Below, one piece after another: positions 39,947 through 49,727 of a stretch of DNA of 64,000 nt. The translations under genes and the position numbers were made by a program. Source of the DNA: an uncultured Candidatus Saccharibacteria bacterium (GTDB lineage Bacteria > Patescibacteriota > Minisyncoccia > UBA6257 > 2-01-FULL-56-20); contig CAYLWL010000001.1 in assembly GCA_964387675.1 (NCBI GenBank), positions 74,819 to 138,818 on the forward strand, given 5' to 3'. Position 1 is the first letter of the stretch. Each line of letters begins with the position of its first letter. The notes beneath the pieces were generated by a model. It searched no databases. It had not been told where the DNA came from and worked only from the letters and a program-made list of their open reading frames with translations.

Positions 39947-40246
39947 ATGTCATACCATATCGTAGATTTTCATGCTGATGGGGGCCAGATGTGCGTACCG
40001 GGTCGTCGTTCGTTCACCGACCCCGAAGAAGCAGGGCAGTTTGCGGAGAAAATGCGTCGAGAACCAGGTCACGTTTGCGGCCCCAATTCTGTCAAGGAAT
40101 ATACCTCGGAAACCGATCTTGGAAATGAGGGCGCTGTCTATCCGGGGGTAGCGAACCCTGAAGATGTAGCGAACATCTCGCCTCTAACGCCATCCACGTC
40201 CGTGGGTGGCTTTTTTTATCTCCAACATTTACACCTCTTCCCTTAG
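39947..40246 (+). CDS. small hypothetical protein
   Basis: TTGACT...TACACT promoter, SD GGAGG, ATG at 39947. A terminator-like hairpin lies inside the 3' end. Confidence 0.5.
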   Translation: MSYHIVDFHADGGQMCVPGRRSFTDPEEAGQFAEKMRREPGHVCGPNSVKEYTSETDLGNEGAVYPGVANPEDVANISPLTPSTSVGGFFYLQHLHLFP

Positions 40247-41770
40247 TCGATAACTGAACGCCTCGGCTAGATGCTCCTCCGAGACCTTCTCCGCGCGTTC
40301 CAAATCCGCGATCGTCCTGGCGGTTTTGAGCAATCGGTAGTAGCCGCGCGGCGAAAGGCGTGTTTTATCGAGCGTTTCCAGGAATTTTTCCGCGCCCGGC
40401 TCAATCCTGACCATATCTTCTGTCTGGCGAGAGCTCATTTCCGAATTCGTGGTTATTTTATGACTCTTCGCTGACGTTTTATGGAATCTTTCGGCCTGGA
40501 TTTCCCTTGCCAACTCGATTTTGCGCTTGATTTCCGGACTTATGGCCTCCGTTTTGCCTTTTCCCCGAAGGTCCGCGATATTTATTCGCTGGACCCTTAT
40601 TTGGAGGTCTATCCTGTCAAGCAATGGCCCGGAAATCCTTTTTTGATAACGAATCACCTCGTATGCCGAGCAACGGCACTCTTTTTCCGGGTCGCCATAA
40701 TAGCCGCAAGGGCAAGGGTTCATCGCGGCAATGAGCGTGAACTTCGCAGGGAATACGAGGGTTCCTTTGGCCCTTGCCACGTGGACCATGCCGGACTCCA
40801 TTGGCTGTCTGAGGGATTCGAGGATATTTTTCTGGAATTCTGGAAGCTCGTCAAGAAAAAGCACTCCCCGGTGCGCCAAACTTATTTCTCCCGGCTTCGG
40901 GTCGGTTCCCCCTCCAATGACGGCCACAATTGAAGCGGTTTGGTGCGGAGATCTGAAGGGTCGTTGGCTTATGAGCCCGGGAAGAGCAAGGCCCGCGGAA
41001 CTATAAATCTTTGTAATCTCTATTGCTTCGTCTCTCGTGAGGTTCGGCAAAATACCGATTACCGCCTGGGCAAGCAAGCTTTTTCCTACCCCGGGAGGGC
41101 CAACCATCAGGAGATTATGACCTCCGGCGGCGGCAATAGTGAGGGCGCGCTTGGCATTCTCTTGGCTTTTTATTTCCGAAAAATCCGGCGACCGGATTTC
41201 TTCTGATTCTATCGGCGCGAATGTTTCCGGCTTGATTAACTTCTTTTCTTCCAGAAAATCTATGGCGTCTTGGAGGGTTTCGAGTGGTATTACTGAAAGT
41301 CCGGCAACAACCGATGCCTCGTTTGCGTTTTGGTTGGGCAGTAATAAGTATTCAAATCCTGCTTTTTGAGCCATCTCCGCGATGTTAAGCGCTCCGTTTA
41401 CTGGTCTCAATCGTCCGTCAAGCGCCAACTCTCCGAGAAATACTTTGTTTTTGGCGTCGAATTCCTTGATTTGCTTTGTTGCGAGCAAGTAACCGATCGC
41501 AATGGCAAGATCGTATTGAGAGCCGGTTTTCTTGACGTCGGCGGGGGCGAGATTGATGGTAATCTTCCTGTTTTCCCTGTTCGGCGGCTTGACGCCGGAG
41601 TTTTTGAGGGCAGAGTTGACGCGTTCTTTGGCTTCGTTCAGCGCCTTGTCTGCCAACCCGACGATGTTAAAAGAATGAAGGCCGACGTTTAAGTCGACCT
41701 CCACTTCGATTAACTTCGCCTTTATTCCTTCAAGCTCCGCCGAGTATACCCGAGCCAAATTCTTCGACAT
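40229..41770 (-). CDS. comM: ComM/YifB Mg-chelatase-like AAA ATPase
   Basis: NLAPAD, GELALDG, PGEISLAHRGVLFLDE, MNPCPCG, SGPLLDRIDL. Confidence 0.95.
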   Translation of the reverse strand: MSKNLARVYSAELEGIKAKLIEVEVDLNVGLHSFNIVGLADKALNEAKERVNSALKNSGVKPPNRENRKITINLAPADVKKTGSQYDLAIAIGYLLATKQIKEFDAKNKVFLGELALDGRLRPVNGALNIAEMAQKAGFEYLLLPNQNANEASVVAGLSVIPLETLQDAIDFLEEKKLIKPETFAPIESEEIRSPDFSEIKSQENAKRALTIAAAGGHNLLMVGPPGVGKSLLAQAVIGILPNLTRDEAIEITKIYSSAGLALPGLISQRPFRSPHQTASIVAVIGGGTDPKPGEISLAHRGVLFLDELPEFQKNILESLRQPMESGMVHVARAKGTLVFPAKFTLIAAMNPCPCGYYGDPEKECRCSAYEVIRYQKRISGPLLDRIDLQIRVQRINIADLRGKGKTEAISPEIKRKIELAREIQAERFHKTSAKSHKITTNSEMSSRQTEDMVRIEPGAEKFLETLDKTRLSPRGYYRLLKTARTIADLERAEKVSEEHLAEAFSYRLREEV

Positions 41771-41782
41771 CCCTTTTCTTTT

Positions 41783-42115
41783 TTATTTTATCTTGCAATT
41801 CTGGCAATATCTCGATTCGGGAGAGACGTCTAAAACCGCTTCGCTTATTGCCCCGCCGCATTTTTCACATACAGCGTACTTTCCTTCTACGATTTTATTG
41901 AGGGCGGCATCTATTTCGTTGATCCGTTCTCTTGCGACTTGTCCCAGTGAAAGCTGATTGACCAGGCTTTCTGCCTCGTTGGTTTCTTCATCTTCGTGTT
42001 GACCGACATCGCTGCCAAAATCTTCCGGAGATTCTTCCTTTAAGAGTTCATCAATGAGCCGGAGTCGCTCTTTTTCGAGTTTTTCTTTGTATTCTTGAAG
42101 TTTATTTTGGTCCAT
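41783..42115 (-). CDS. DksA/TraR C4 zinc-finger protein
   Basis: Coiled coil plus CEKC...CQNC. Confidence 0.9.
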   Translation of the reverse strand: MDQNKLQEYKEKLEKERLRLIDELLKEESPEDFGSDVGQHEDEETNEAESLVNQLSLGQVARERINEIDAALNKIVEGKYAVCEKCGGAISEAVLDVSPESRYCQNCKIK

Positions 42116-42562
42116 GGCCAGTTTTGACTTTAAGGGTATTGGTTTATGGCCCAGTAGTCAATGGGTTTAATATTCAAACGACTACCATCGAGCATCTTGG
42201 TCGTGTCAAGCCGCCAAGAATCCGCAAACGACAACACCCGTTCTTTTTAATTAAGTTTAAGACAACAGATTGCGGCAAAGCGGCAATAGTGCGGCAACGC
42301 CGATACGGCAACTCTATTTTACTATGTTTTTCGACTTTTGCCGCACCACTCTTACTATACGACAAACACTTATGTTTATACCCAAGAAAACCTGAAAAAC
42401 TCGACCGTCAAGCAAAACATAGCATTTTTACTTTCCAGACGTTTGTCGAGAAACGCAACGGAAAATAAAGGAGACGTTCTATGGCGAAACACTTTCGAGG
42501 GGTTTATCGATAAACGTCATGCTTATATTTCTCGTTAGGTGTTAAGATACATAGTATTAATC

Positions 42563-42934
42563 ATGATAAGAAGTAATATCTTTGTTGGAAAAACAGGCGA
42601 AGATCTTGCGTGTGAATATCTTGTTAATAAGGGATATAAGATTATCGATAGGAACTACCGGACCAAATGGGACGAAATAGACATAATTTCTAAAGCAAAA
42701 GACGGAACACTCGTTTTTGTTGAGGTTAAGACGTTAAATGCTGTTTTGGGCGGCCTTGTGCCGGAAGACAATCTAACTGGCGACAAGCACAGAAAGATTA
42801 GCCGCGCCTGCCAGCTTTTTGCCAATCAAAGAGCCGATTTAATAAAAGAGGACAAGGGTTGGCGAATTGATCTTGTGGCTATCTCGATAGATGAGAATGA
42901 CCGGTCGGAAATCAAGCAATATGAGAATATTTGA
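42563..42934 (+). CDS. YraN family endonuclease
   Basis: G..GEDLA..YL, EIDII, LVFVEVKT, RIDLVAI. Confidence 0.93.
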   Translation: MIRSNIFVGKTGEDLACEYLVNKGYKIIDRNYRTKWDEIDIISKAKDGTLVFVEVKTLNAVLGGLVPEDNLTGDKHRKISRACQLFANQRADLIKEDKGWRIDLVAISIDENDRSEIKQYENI

Positions 42935-43167
42935 ACCCCCGCTCCTTTTTTCAATTCAACCGACCCCCTCATTTTTTTGACTTTCTTAAATTTATCATAA
43001 AGAAAGAAGGACAGTATGAAATTATTGAAACCCACAGACCGGTTGAGTGGTATAAGAAAATTTTTGAGGATGCTGGGTTAAAGATTATAGGAATTTTCTT
43101 TACTCCAGAATATGAACTCAATGGTTACAAAATTGAGAATTACATATATTTTAAGTTACAAAAATAG
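42931..43167 (+). pseudogene. AT-rich 3' fragment resembling a methyltransferase C-terminus
   Basis: HRPVEWYKKIFEDAGLKI resembles class I SAM-methyltransferase ends; no convincing start. Confidence 0.4.
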
Positions 43168-43461
43168 GGAGCCTCATTTTTAATTTTATCGCCAGTCAGC
43201 CCAAATGTGTATCCGACGGAGCAGAATATGGAGCTGATTCTCGAGCCGTGCCCGTTCTTTGGCCAACCGTTCTCGTTCCAAGGAATGCTCCCGTATTTAT
43301 TTGCCTGCTTTTTGACTTTTTATAGGGGACTATAGTATAGTGAAATTATGACGATCCGCTTTTAAGGCGGATTTCTTCATAATAGTAATCACTAAATTAC
43401 GAATCTAAAACGAATTACGAATTCGTAATTCGTTGCTCAATTCGTAATTCGAGAACACTCA

Positions 43462-44706
43462 ATGATCAATATCAAGGAATTAAGCAAAGCGCTCAAACAG
43501 GTTGCCGAAGAAAAAGGCCTTAAGCCGGAAGAGGTGCTGGAAGCCATCGAGTCCTCGATAGCTGCTGCTTACAAAAAAGAATACGCCGAGCGCGGAGCGG
43601 TGGTGAAGTGCAAGCTCGACATGAAAACCGGAGAGTTGAAGTTTTGGCAGGTTAAAACCGTCGTCGATGAAACAACCGTCCGTTTTGTCGAGGAGAAAAC
43701 GGAAGAAGAGATCCAAAAAGAGGAACAGGAGGGGAAAAAAGAAGAGCCGGCGCCTGTCGTAGATTCGGAAGAACTCAAGCTTCCTCGTTATAATTCAGAG
43801 CGGCATATCTTGTTTGAAGAAGCGAAGAAAATAAAGTCCGACACCGAGCTGGGAGAAGAATTGATTTTTCCTCTTGAAACCCATGACGAGTTTGGAAGAA
43901 TCGCCGCGCAAACCGCGAAGCAGGTCGTGTTGCAAAAGCTAAGGGAATCAGAAAGGGATTCGATTTTGAAAGAGTGGCATGATAAAGAAGGACAAATTGT
44001 GAGCGGCGTTGTCCAGAGGTTCGAGCGGGGGCATGTGTATGTTGATCTCGTACGGACGATCGGAGTGATGTTCGCGAACGAATCTATCCCGGGCGAACAC
44101 TACCGGGCAGGCGAGCGTTTGCGATTCCTTGTTCTTGCCGTTCAAGAGGACTCGCGGCTTCCGGGCATCGTCCTTTCTCGTTCGCATCCGAGATTCGTGG
44201 TGGAGCTGTTTCGGATGGAGGTGCCGGAGCTTGCCGAGGGTGCCGTGGAAATAAAGGCGATTGCGAGAGAGCCGGGAAACCGCACAAAGCTTGCCGTTGT
44301 TTCTCATGTCGACGGAGTCGATCCCGTGGGAGCTCTCGTTGGCCAGCGCGGGACGAGAGTGATGGCGGTTAATAATGAGTTGGGCAATGAAAAGATAGAT
44401 ATTGCCGAGTGGTCCGAAGATCCGGAAAAGTTTATTGGGAACGCCCTTTCTCCCGCGAAAGTGCGGTCGGTTGAAGTATTGCCTCGACGCGAGGCGAGAG
44501 TGTATGTGCCCGAAGACCAATTGAGCTTGGCTATCGGCAAAGGAGGACAAAATGTTCGGCTTGCGGCAAAACTCACCGGATGGAAGATAGACGTTCGTTC
44601 GCAGACGCGGCCGAGCGAAGTGCAAGAAGGAGGAGTTGCCGCCGCCCTTGGAGAAGAAGAGCCGGCAAAAGAAAGTTTTGAAGAGAAGGGAGACGTGGCA
44701 ATGTGA
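43462..44706 (+). CDS. nusA: transcription termination factor NusA
   Basis: FGRIAAQTAKQV, AREPG.RTK, SLAIGKGGQNVRLA. Confidence 0.98.
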   Translation: MINIKELSKALKQVAEEKGLKPEEVLEAIESSIAAAYKKEYAERGAVVKCKLDMKTGELKFWQVKTVVDETTVRFVEEKTEEEIQKEEQEGKKEEPAPVVDSEELKLPRYNSERHILFEEAKKIKSDTELGEELIFPLETHDEFGRIAAQTAKQVVLQKLRESERDSILKEWHDKEGQIVSGVVQRFERGHVYVDLVRTIGVMFANESIPGEHYRAGERLRFLVLAVQEDSRLPGIVLSRSHPRFVVELFRMEVPELAEGAVEIKAIAREPGNRTKLAVVSHVDGVDPVGALVGQRGTRVMAVNNELGNEKIDIAEWSEDPEKFIGNALSPAKVRSVEVLPRREARVYVPEDQLSLAIGKGGQNVRLAAKLTGWKIDVRSQTRPSEVQEGGVAAALGEEEPAKESFEEKGDVAM

Positions 44707-44762
44707 GTTCGTATGAGATAGAATAGAAAGATCTAACTCCTTTCAATTTTTAACGAAGCATT

Positions 44763-46784
44763 ATGGAACCAATTTTATTCTCAATCGTGAGCAGTGTCGT
44801 GGCGATCGTTTTCGCGCTGGTTTTGGTTTGGAAAATCAGCCGGTATCCCGCGGGCGACTCGAAAATGCAGGAGATCGCCCGCGCCATTCAAGTCGGGGCT
44901 CGGGCATATCTGAACCGGCAGTATAGAACTATCGCCGTCGCCGCGATTGTCGTCGCGATTCTTGTGGGATACTTCTTGAATATCACGACGATGGCGGGAT
45001 TTTTGGTGGGCGCGGTGTTCTCCGCGGTCGCCGGGTACATCGGGATGAGTATTTCGGTGCGCGCGAACGTCAAAACGGCCGAAGCCGCGAAGTCCGGCTT
45101 GCCGAAGGCGCTCAAAGTTGCTTTTGAGGGCGGATCGGTCACCGGCCTCCTTGTGGTGGGGCTTGCGCTTCTTTCGGTAACGGTTTTCTACTGGGCGACG
45201 CACGACATCAAGGCGCTTATTGGTTTGGGATTCGGCGGAAGCTTGATCTCCGTTTTTGCGCGGCTCGGCGGAGGAATTTTTACAAAAGGAGCCGACGTGG
45301 GAGCCGATCTCGTTGGAAAAGTGGAAGCGGGAATTCCGGAAGACGATCCGCGGAATCCCGCCGTTATTGCCGATAACGTGGGCGATAACGTGAGCGATTG
45401 CGCCGGTATGGCCGCCGATCTTTTTGAAACATACGCGGTCACCGCGATCGCGGCGATGATTTTGGGCAATTTAACTTTTCCGGGATCCACCTCGGCGATT
45501 CTTTTGCCAATTATGATAGGCGCTTTTTCGGTTATCGCTTCGGTTTTAGGAATTTTATTCGTTCGGTTAGGCAAAACCAAAGGTGATGCTGGGCGAACGC
45601 CCAGCATCATGGGCGCTCTTTACAAAGGATTGGCCGCGTCCGGTATTTTCGCGGTCATTGGATTTGCGATACTAAGTTCTGGTTATACAGCGTCCAAAAG
45701 TGGATTTCCGAACACTTTGGGATTCGAGGGATTGTTCTATCCCATGCTCATCGGTATCGCGGTAACCGCGCTCATTGTTTTGATAACAGAATATTATACT
45801 TCCAAAAAATTCAGACCGGTTCGCTCAATTGCCGAGTCGTCTACCACCGGCCATGGCACAAACATCATCACCGGTCTTTCGGTCGGCATGGAAGCGACCG
45901 CGCTCCCCATCGTCGTCATAGTTGCCGGCATTTTATCCGCGTATGCGGTGAGCGGGATATACGGCATTGCGCTTGCGGTTATGAGTATGTTGGGCATGAC
46001 CGGGATTGTCGTGGCGATTGATTCTTTTGGACCAATAACGGACAACGCGGGCGGAATCGCGGAGATGGCGGGGCTTCCGGATTCGGTTCGCGAAGTAACG
46101 GACGCGCTGGACGCGGTGGGGAATACCACAAAAGCGATTACGAAAGGATACGCCATCGGTTCGGCGGGGCTTGCGGCGGTGGTTTTATTCGCTTCGTATG
46201 CCGAAGAGCTTCACGGTCGTCTTGGCCAGTTGATTTTCGATCTTACTGATCCAAAAGTTATCGTCGGTCTTCTTATCGGCGGCATGATTCCGTATCTCTT
46301 TGCTTCCATTTCGATGAGAGCCGTGAGTAAGGCCGCGGGAAGCGTGGTGAAAGAGGTGAGAAGGCAGTTCAAAGAAATTCCCGGAATTATGGAAAGGAAG
46401 GCAAAGCCCGATTACGCGAAGTGCGTTGATATCGTAACCTCCGCCGCGATAAAAGAAATGACGGTGCCGGCGCTGCTTCCGGTCGTGGTTCCGATTATCG
46501 TGGCTTTCGCGTTGGGGCCGATCGCGCTCGGCGGGGTATTGATGGGATCGATTGTTACGGGAATTTTCGTGGCGATTTCCATGACCTCCGGCGGCGCGGC
46601 GTGGGACAACGCGAAAAAGTATATTGAAGAGGGGAATCTGGGCGGCAAAGGATCGGAAGCCCACAAAGCGGCCGTCACTGGCGACACGGTGGGGGATCCA
46701 TACAAAGACACGGCCGGGCCAGCCATTAATCCCGTTATTAAAATCATAAATATAATTGCGCTTTTGTTGGTGCCGTTTTTATAG
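44763..46784 (+). CDS. hppA: membrane-bound ion-translocating pyrophosphatase
   Basis: [43 protein letters not shown]. Confidence 0.97.
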   Translation: MEPILFSIVSSVVAIVFALVLVWKISRYPAGDSKMQEIARAIQVGARAYLNRQYRTIAVAAIVVAILVGYFLNITTMAGFLVGAVFSAVAGYIGMSISVRANVKTAEAAKSGLPKALKVAFEGGSVTGLLVVGLALLSVTVFYWATHDIKALIGLGFGGSLISVFARLGGGIFTKGADVGADLVGKVEAGIPEDDPRNPAVIADNVGDNVSDCAGMAADLFETYAVTAIAAMILGNLTFPGSTSAILLPIMIGAFSVIASVLGILFVRLGKTKGDAGRTPSIMGALYKGLAASGIFAVIGFAILSSGYTASKSGFPNTLGFEGLFYPMLIGIAVTALIVLITEYYTSKKFRPVRSIAESSTTGHGTNIITGLSVGMEATALPIVVIVAGILSAYAVSGIYGIALAVMSMLGMTGIVVAIDSFGPITDNAGGIAEMAGLPDSVREVTDALDAVGNTTKAITKGYAIGSAGLAAVVLFASYAEELHGRLGQLIFDLTDPKVIVGLLIGGMIPYLFASISMRAVSKAAGSVVKEVRRQFKEIPGIMERKAKPDYAKCVDIVTSAAIKEMTVPALLPVVVPIIVAFALGPIALGGVLMGSIVTGIFVAISMTSGGAAWDNAKKYIEEGNLGGKGSEAHKAAVTGDTVGDPYKDTAGPAINPVIKIINIIALLLVPFL

Positions 46785-46846
46785 CATACTATTGATTTTC
46801 TCTGATGTCGGTGGTAAGCTACGACTATAAGTTGTCATACAGAAAT

Positions 46847-47044
46847 ATGCCCGAGCTCACCGTAACAAAAACAAAAGACTACCTTATCTTGAAAATCCCG
46901 TTGCGTGCGGCGCAACGCGGGAAATTTGCTCTTTCTCCGAAAACGGAAAGAATTATTGCCGAGGGGCTGAAGGCGTATTCGCAAGGCCGCTTTGCGGGTC
47001 CTTTTGACGCCAAAGAGGCGATCGCCTATCTTCGTAGGCGATGA
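46847..47044 (+). CDS. putative antitoxin
   Basis: GRFAGPF motif; ATGA overlap with the toxin. Confidence 0.8.
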   Translation: MPELTVTKTKDYLILKIPLRAAQRGKFALSPKTERIIAEGLKAYSQGRFAGPFDAKEAIAYLRRR

Positions 47045-47286
47045 AAGTTGTTTTTACCGAGCCGCTTCTCCGCTGCCTTAAGAAGTTGCCGCAAGAGACA
47101 AAGAAAAAGTTTGAGAAACAAATTAAGTTTCTTTTGAAAGACATTCGCCACCCGTCGCTTCGTGCTAAGAAATATGATGAAGAGAGAGATATGTGGCAAG
47201 CGAGGGTCGACGACTTTTATCGGTTTTATTTTACGATTGAGACCAGTGCGTATATCATTTTGGCGGTAACTAAGCACCCAAAGTAA
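47041..47286 (+). CDS. RelE-like toxin
   Basis: Paralog of 39386-39631: [26 protein letters not shown]. Confidence 0.85.
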   Translation: MKVVFTEPLLRCLKKLPQETKKKFEKQIKFLLKDIRHPSLRAKKYDEERDMWQARVDDFYRFYFTIETSAYIILAVTKHPK

Positions 47287-47290
47287 ACCC

Positions 47291-47887
47291 ATGGAAAAAC
47301 TCAATCAATACCTAATCCCAACAGTTATCGAAAAATCGCAGTATGGCGAGCGGGCGTATGATATTTACTCGCGTTTGCTCAAAGAGCGGATTATTTTCCT
47401 TGGCGGGCCGATACACGACGCCGTGGCGAACACGGTGATCGCCCAACTCTTGTTTTTGGAGCACGAAGATCCGAAGAAAGACATCAGGATCTATTTGAAC
47501 ACGCCGGGGGGATCGGTGACGGCCGGAATGGCGATTTATGACACGATGCAGTATGTAAAGCCGGATGTTTCCACTATTTGCGTGGGCATCGCGGCTTCGA
47601 TGGGCGCGTTTCTTTTGGCCTCCGGCAAAAAGGGGAAGAGATTTGCTTTGCCGAACTCCGAAATCCTTCTGCACCAGGTGATGGGCGGCGCCGAGGGGCA
47701 GGCGGTGGAGGTGGAGATCGCGGCGAAGCAGATTTTGCGCACGAAAGATAAACTCAATAAGCTTTTGGCGAGGCACACGGGGCAGTCGCTCGCAAAAGTG
47801 GAAAAGGACACAGATCGCGACTTTTGGTTGAGCGCGGATGAGGCGAAGGCGTACGGATTAGTAGACGAGATCATTAAAAATAAATAA
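47291..47887 (+). CDS. clpP: ATP-dependent Clp protease proteolytic subunit
   Basis: [28 protein letters not shown]. Confidence 0.98.
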   Translation: MEKLNQYLIPTVIEKSQYGERAYDIYSRLLKERIIFLGGPIHDAVANTVIAQLLFLEHEDPKKDIRIYLNTPGGSVTAGMAIYDTMQYVKPDVSTICVGIAASMGAFLLASGKKGKRFALPNSEILLHQVMGGAEGQAVEVEIAAKQILRTKDKLNKLLARHTGQSLAKVEKDTDRDFWLSADEAKAYGLVDEIIKNK

Positions 47888-47895
47888 TCTCAAAA

Positions 47896-47939
47896 AACCT
47901 TTCCATTATAACATAATATTATGTTATAATGGAAAGGTT
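47896..47939. repeat. perfect 44-bp palindrome containing TGTTATAAT on both strands
   Basis: AACCTTTCCATTATAACATAAT|ATTATGTTATAATGGAAAGGTT. Confidence 0.95.
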
Positions 47940-48089
47940 GCGGGGCAGATGATTATGGCCGCCACGAGGCGTGTTCGATGAGACTCACCGCAGGCGGCTT
48001 TTTAATTCGCGACAGAACTTTTCGATAGTTGTTTTCTTGCTCGTGCTGTGCCATGGCGCAGAACAAGAATCCGACCCACCGACCCTGTT

Positions 48090-48122
48090 GGGCCGCACGT
48101 AACTGTGCGGCCCCATTTTTTT
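48090..48122 (+). terminator. intrinsic terminator
   Basis: GGGCCGCAC-GTAACT-GTGCGGCCC followed by T7. Confidence 0.8.
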
Positions 48123-48146
48123 ATCATCGTGCTAGAATAATTTGTA

Positions 48147-49337
48147 ATGACTTCAAAAGAGGAGAAAATACAAAATCTTTTGACTCGCAACGTCGAGGAA
48201 GTTATTGACCGCGCCCACCTGGAGAAAGAACTAAAGAGCGGCAAAAAACTTCGAGTGAAGCTGGGGATCGACCCTACCGGCGGGAATCTGCACATAGGCC
48301 ACGCAGTAACGTATTGGAAGCTGAAGGAGTTTCAGGCCCTTGGCCACAAACTCGTCATTATCATCGGCGACTTTACGGCACAAATTGGCGACCCTTCGGA
48401 TAAACTTGAAAAACGGCCGTTCTTATCTAAAGCGCAAGTCGAAAAAAACTTGAAGAATTACTTGCCCCAAATAGGGAAAATAGTTGACATCAGAAAAGCA
48501 GAAGTTCATCGTAACAGCGAGTGGCTTGCGGGTCTTAACTTCCGCGAAACGGCAGAACTTGCGGAATCTTTCAGCTTTCAACAAATAGTAAAACGACGGA
48601 ATTTTCAAGAAAGGATAGCAAGAGACGAGGATATCACTTTGCGCGAGCTTATGTATCCGCTGATGCAGGGATATGATTCCGTTGCCGTGAAAGCCGACGT
48701 GGAGCTTGGCGGAAGCGATCAACTTTTCAATCTTACGGCGGGAAGGCGCGTACAAAAACATTACGGCCAAAAGCCGCAGGATATCATGACGATGAAGATG
48801 TTGGTCGGTCTTGACGGACGGAAGATGTCCAAGAGCTGGGGCAACGTGATCAATATCGCGGACTCGGCCGATGAACAATTCGGGAAGGTGATGTCGATGC
48901 ACGACGACTACATAATGAATTACCTCGAGTTGGCCACTGATTTGTCTATGGACGAGATCAAGAAACTCGGCGCCGAACTTAAAAAGGGGACTAATCCGAA
49001 AAAAATAAAAGAAAAGTTGGCGTTCGAGATTGTCCGGCGTTACCACGGCGAAAAATCCGCGCGTGATGCCCGCGATACTTTTGGCAAGCTTTTCTCGAAA
49101 AAAGAAATCCCGGCGGATGTTCCCGCGCTCAAACTTCCCTCGAAACATATTTCCATAAGAGAGGTTGTTTTATCATCCGGCGTCGCGAAAAGCAAAAGCG
49201 AGGCGCGGCGGCTCATCGAGCAGGGCGCCGTTGAGGTGAACGGCTCCGTGATAAACAATCCGGCAGAAACGATTCTCTTCAAAGGCGGAGAGATTTTGAA
49301 AGTCGGCAAGAGGAAGTTTTTCCGAGTGAAAGTTTAA
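48147..49337 (+). CDS. tyrS: tyrosine-tRNA ligase
   Basis: HIGH, YPLMQGYD, GGSDQ, KMSKS, S4 domain. Confidence 0.98.
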   Translation: MTSKEEKIQNLLTRNVEEVIDRAHLEKELKSGKKLRVKLGIDPTGGNLHIGHAVTYWKLKEFQALGHKLVIIIGDFTAQIGDPSDKLEKRPFLSKAQVEKNLKNYLPQIGKIVDIRKAEVHRNSEWLAGLNFRETAELAESFSFQQIVKRRNFQERIARDEDITLRELMYPLMQGYDSVAVKADVELGGSDQLFNLTAGRRVQKHYGQKPQDIMTMKMLVGLDGRKMSKSWGNVINIADSADEQFGKVMSMHDDYIMNYLELATDLSMDEIKKLGAELKKGTNPKKIKEKLAFEIVRRYHGEKSARDARDTFGKLFSKKEIPADVPALKLPSKHISIREVVLSSGVAKSKSEARRLIEQGAVEVNGSVINNPAETILFKGGEILKVGKRKFFRVKV

Positions 49338-49442
49338 TTCCCTATTTCGGGAATGTCACGGTGTCCAGTTTGTTTATCGTCGCATATCTGGCATTTTTGC
49401 GAGGAAAATTTTGCTTAATGGATAAAATGTTTCAAGGAGCGA

Positions 49443-49578
49443 GCCTTTCTGTCTTTGAGAAGCTCTCGGACCCAGCCGCAGCTTGGTCTCCGACCGCAGT
49501 CGGAGTGCGGCTGGGGAGAGGCAGGCGATATTTAGCCGCTGGAGCTAAATAGACGCCGGTTCTCAAAGATAGAAAGGC
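49443..49578. other. multibranched hairpin element
   Basis: GCCTTTCTGTCTTTGAGAA pairs with TTCTCAAAGATAGAAAGGC and encloses further stems. Confidence 0.7.
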
Positions 49579-49587
49579 GAGCGAAAG

Positions 49588-49633
49588 TTATCCACAGCCC
49601 CACGTTTGACGACCAGCGTCACGGAGTTAAGAT
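49588..49633 (+). promoter_or_regulatory. DnaA box plus sigma70 promoter
   Basis: TTATCCACA (49588-49596) followed by TTGACG-16bp-TAAGAT. Confidence 0.55.
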
Positions 49634-49727
49634 TAAATCAGCTCACGGACAACTTCATACTTAATTTTTACGCGCAGCATACATGCCGCGCAAACGTTTC
49701 GGTCGCCTCAGGCGACCACCTACACGA

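Noticed and set aside
43188-43295. Protein-like minus-strand frame (EHSLERERLAKERARLENQLH...)
   Set aside because: No start codon before an upstream stop; at most an unassignable gene fragment.
47940-48146. T-box riboswitch upstream of tyrS
   Set aside because: No T-box consensus (GGTGG.ACCGCG) is seen, and tyrS has its own -10 after the terminator.
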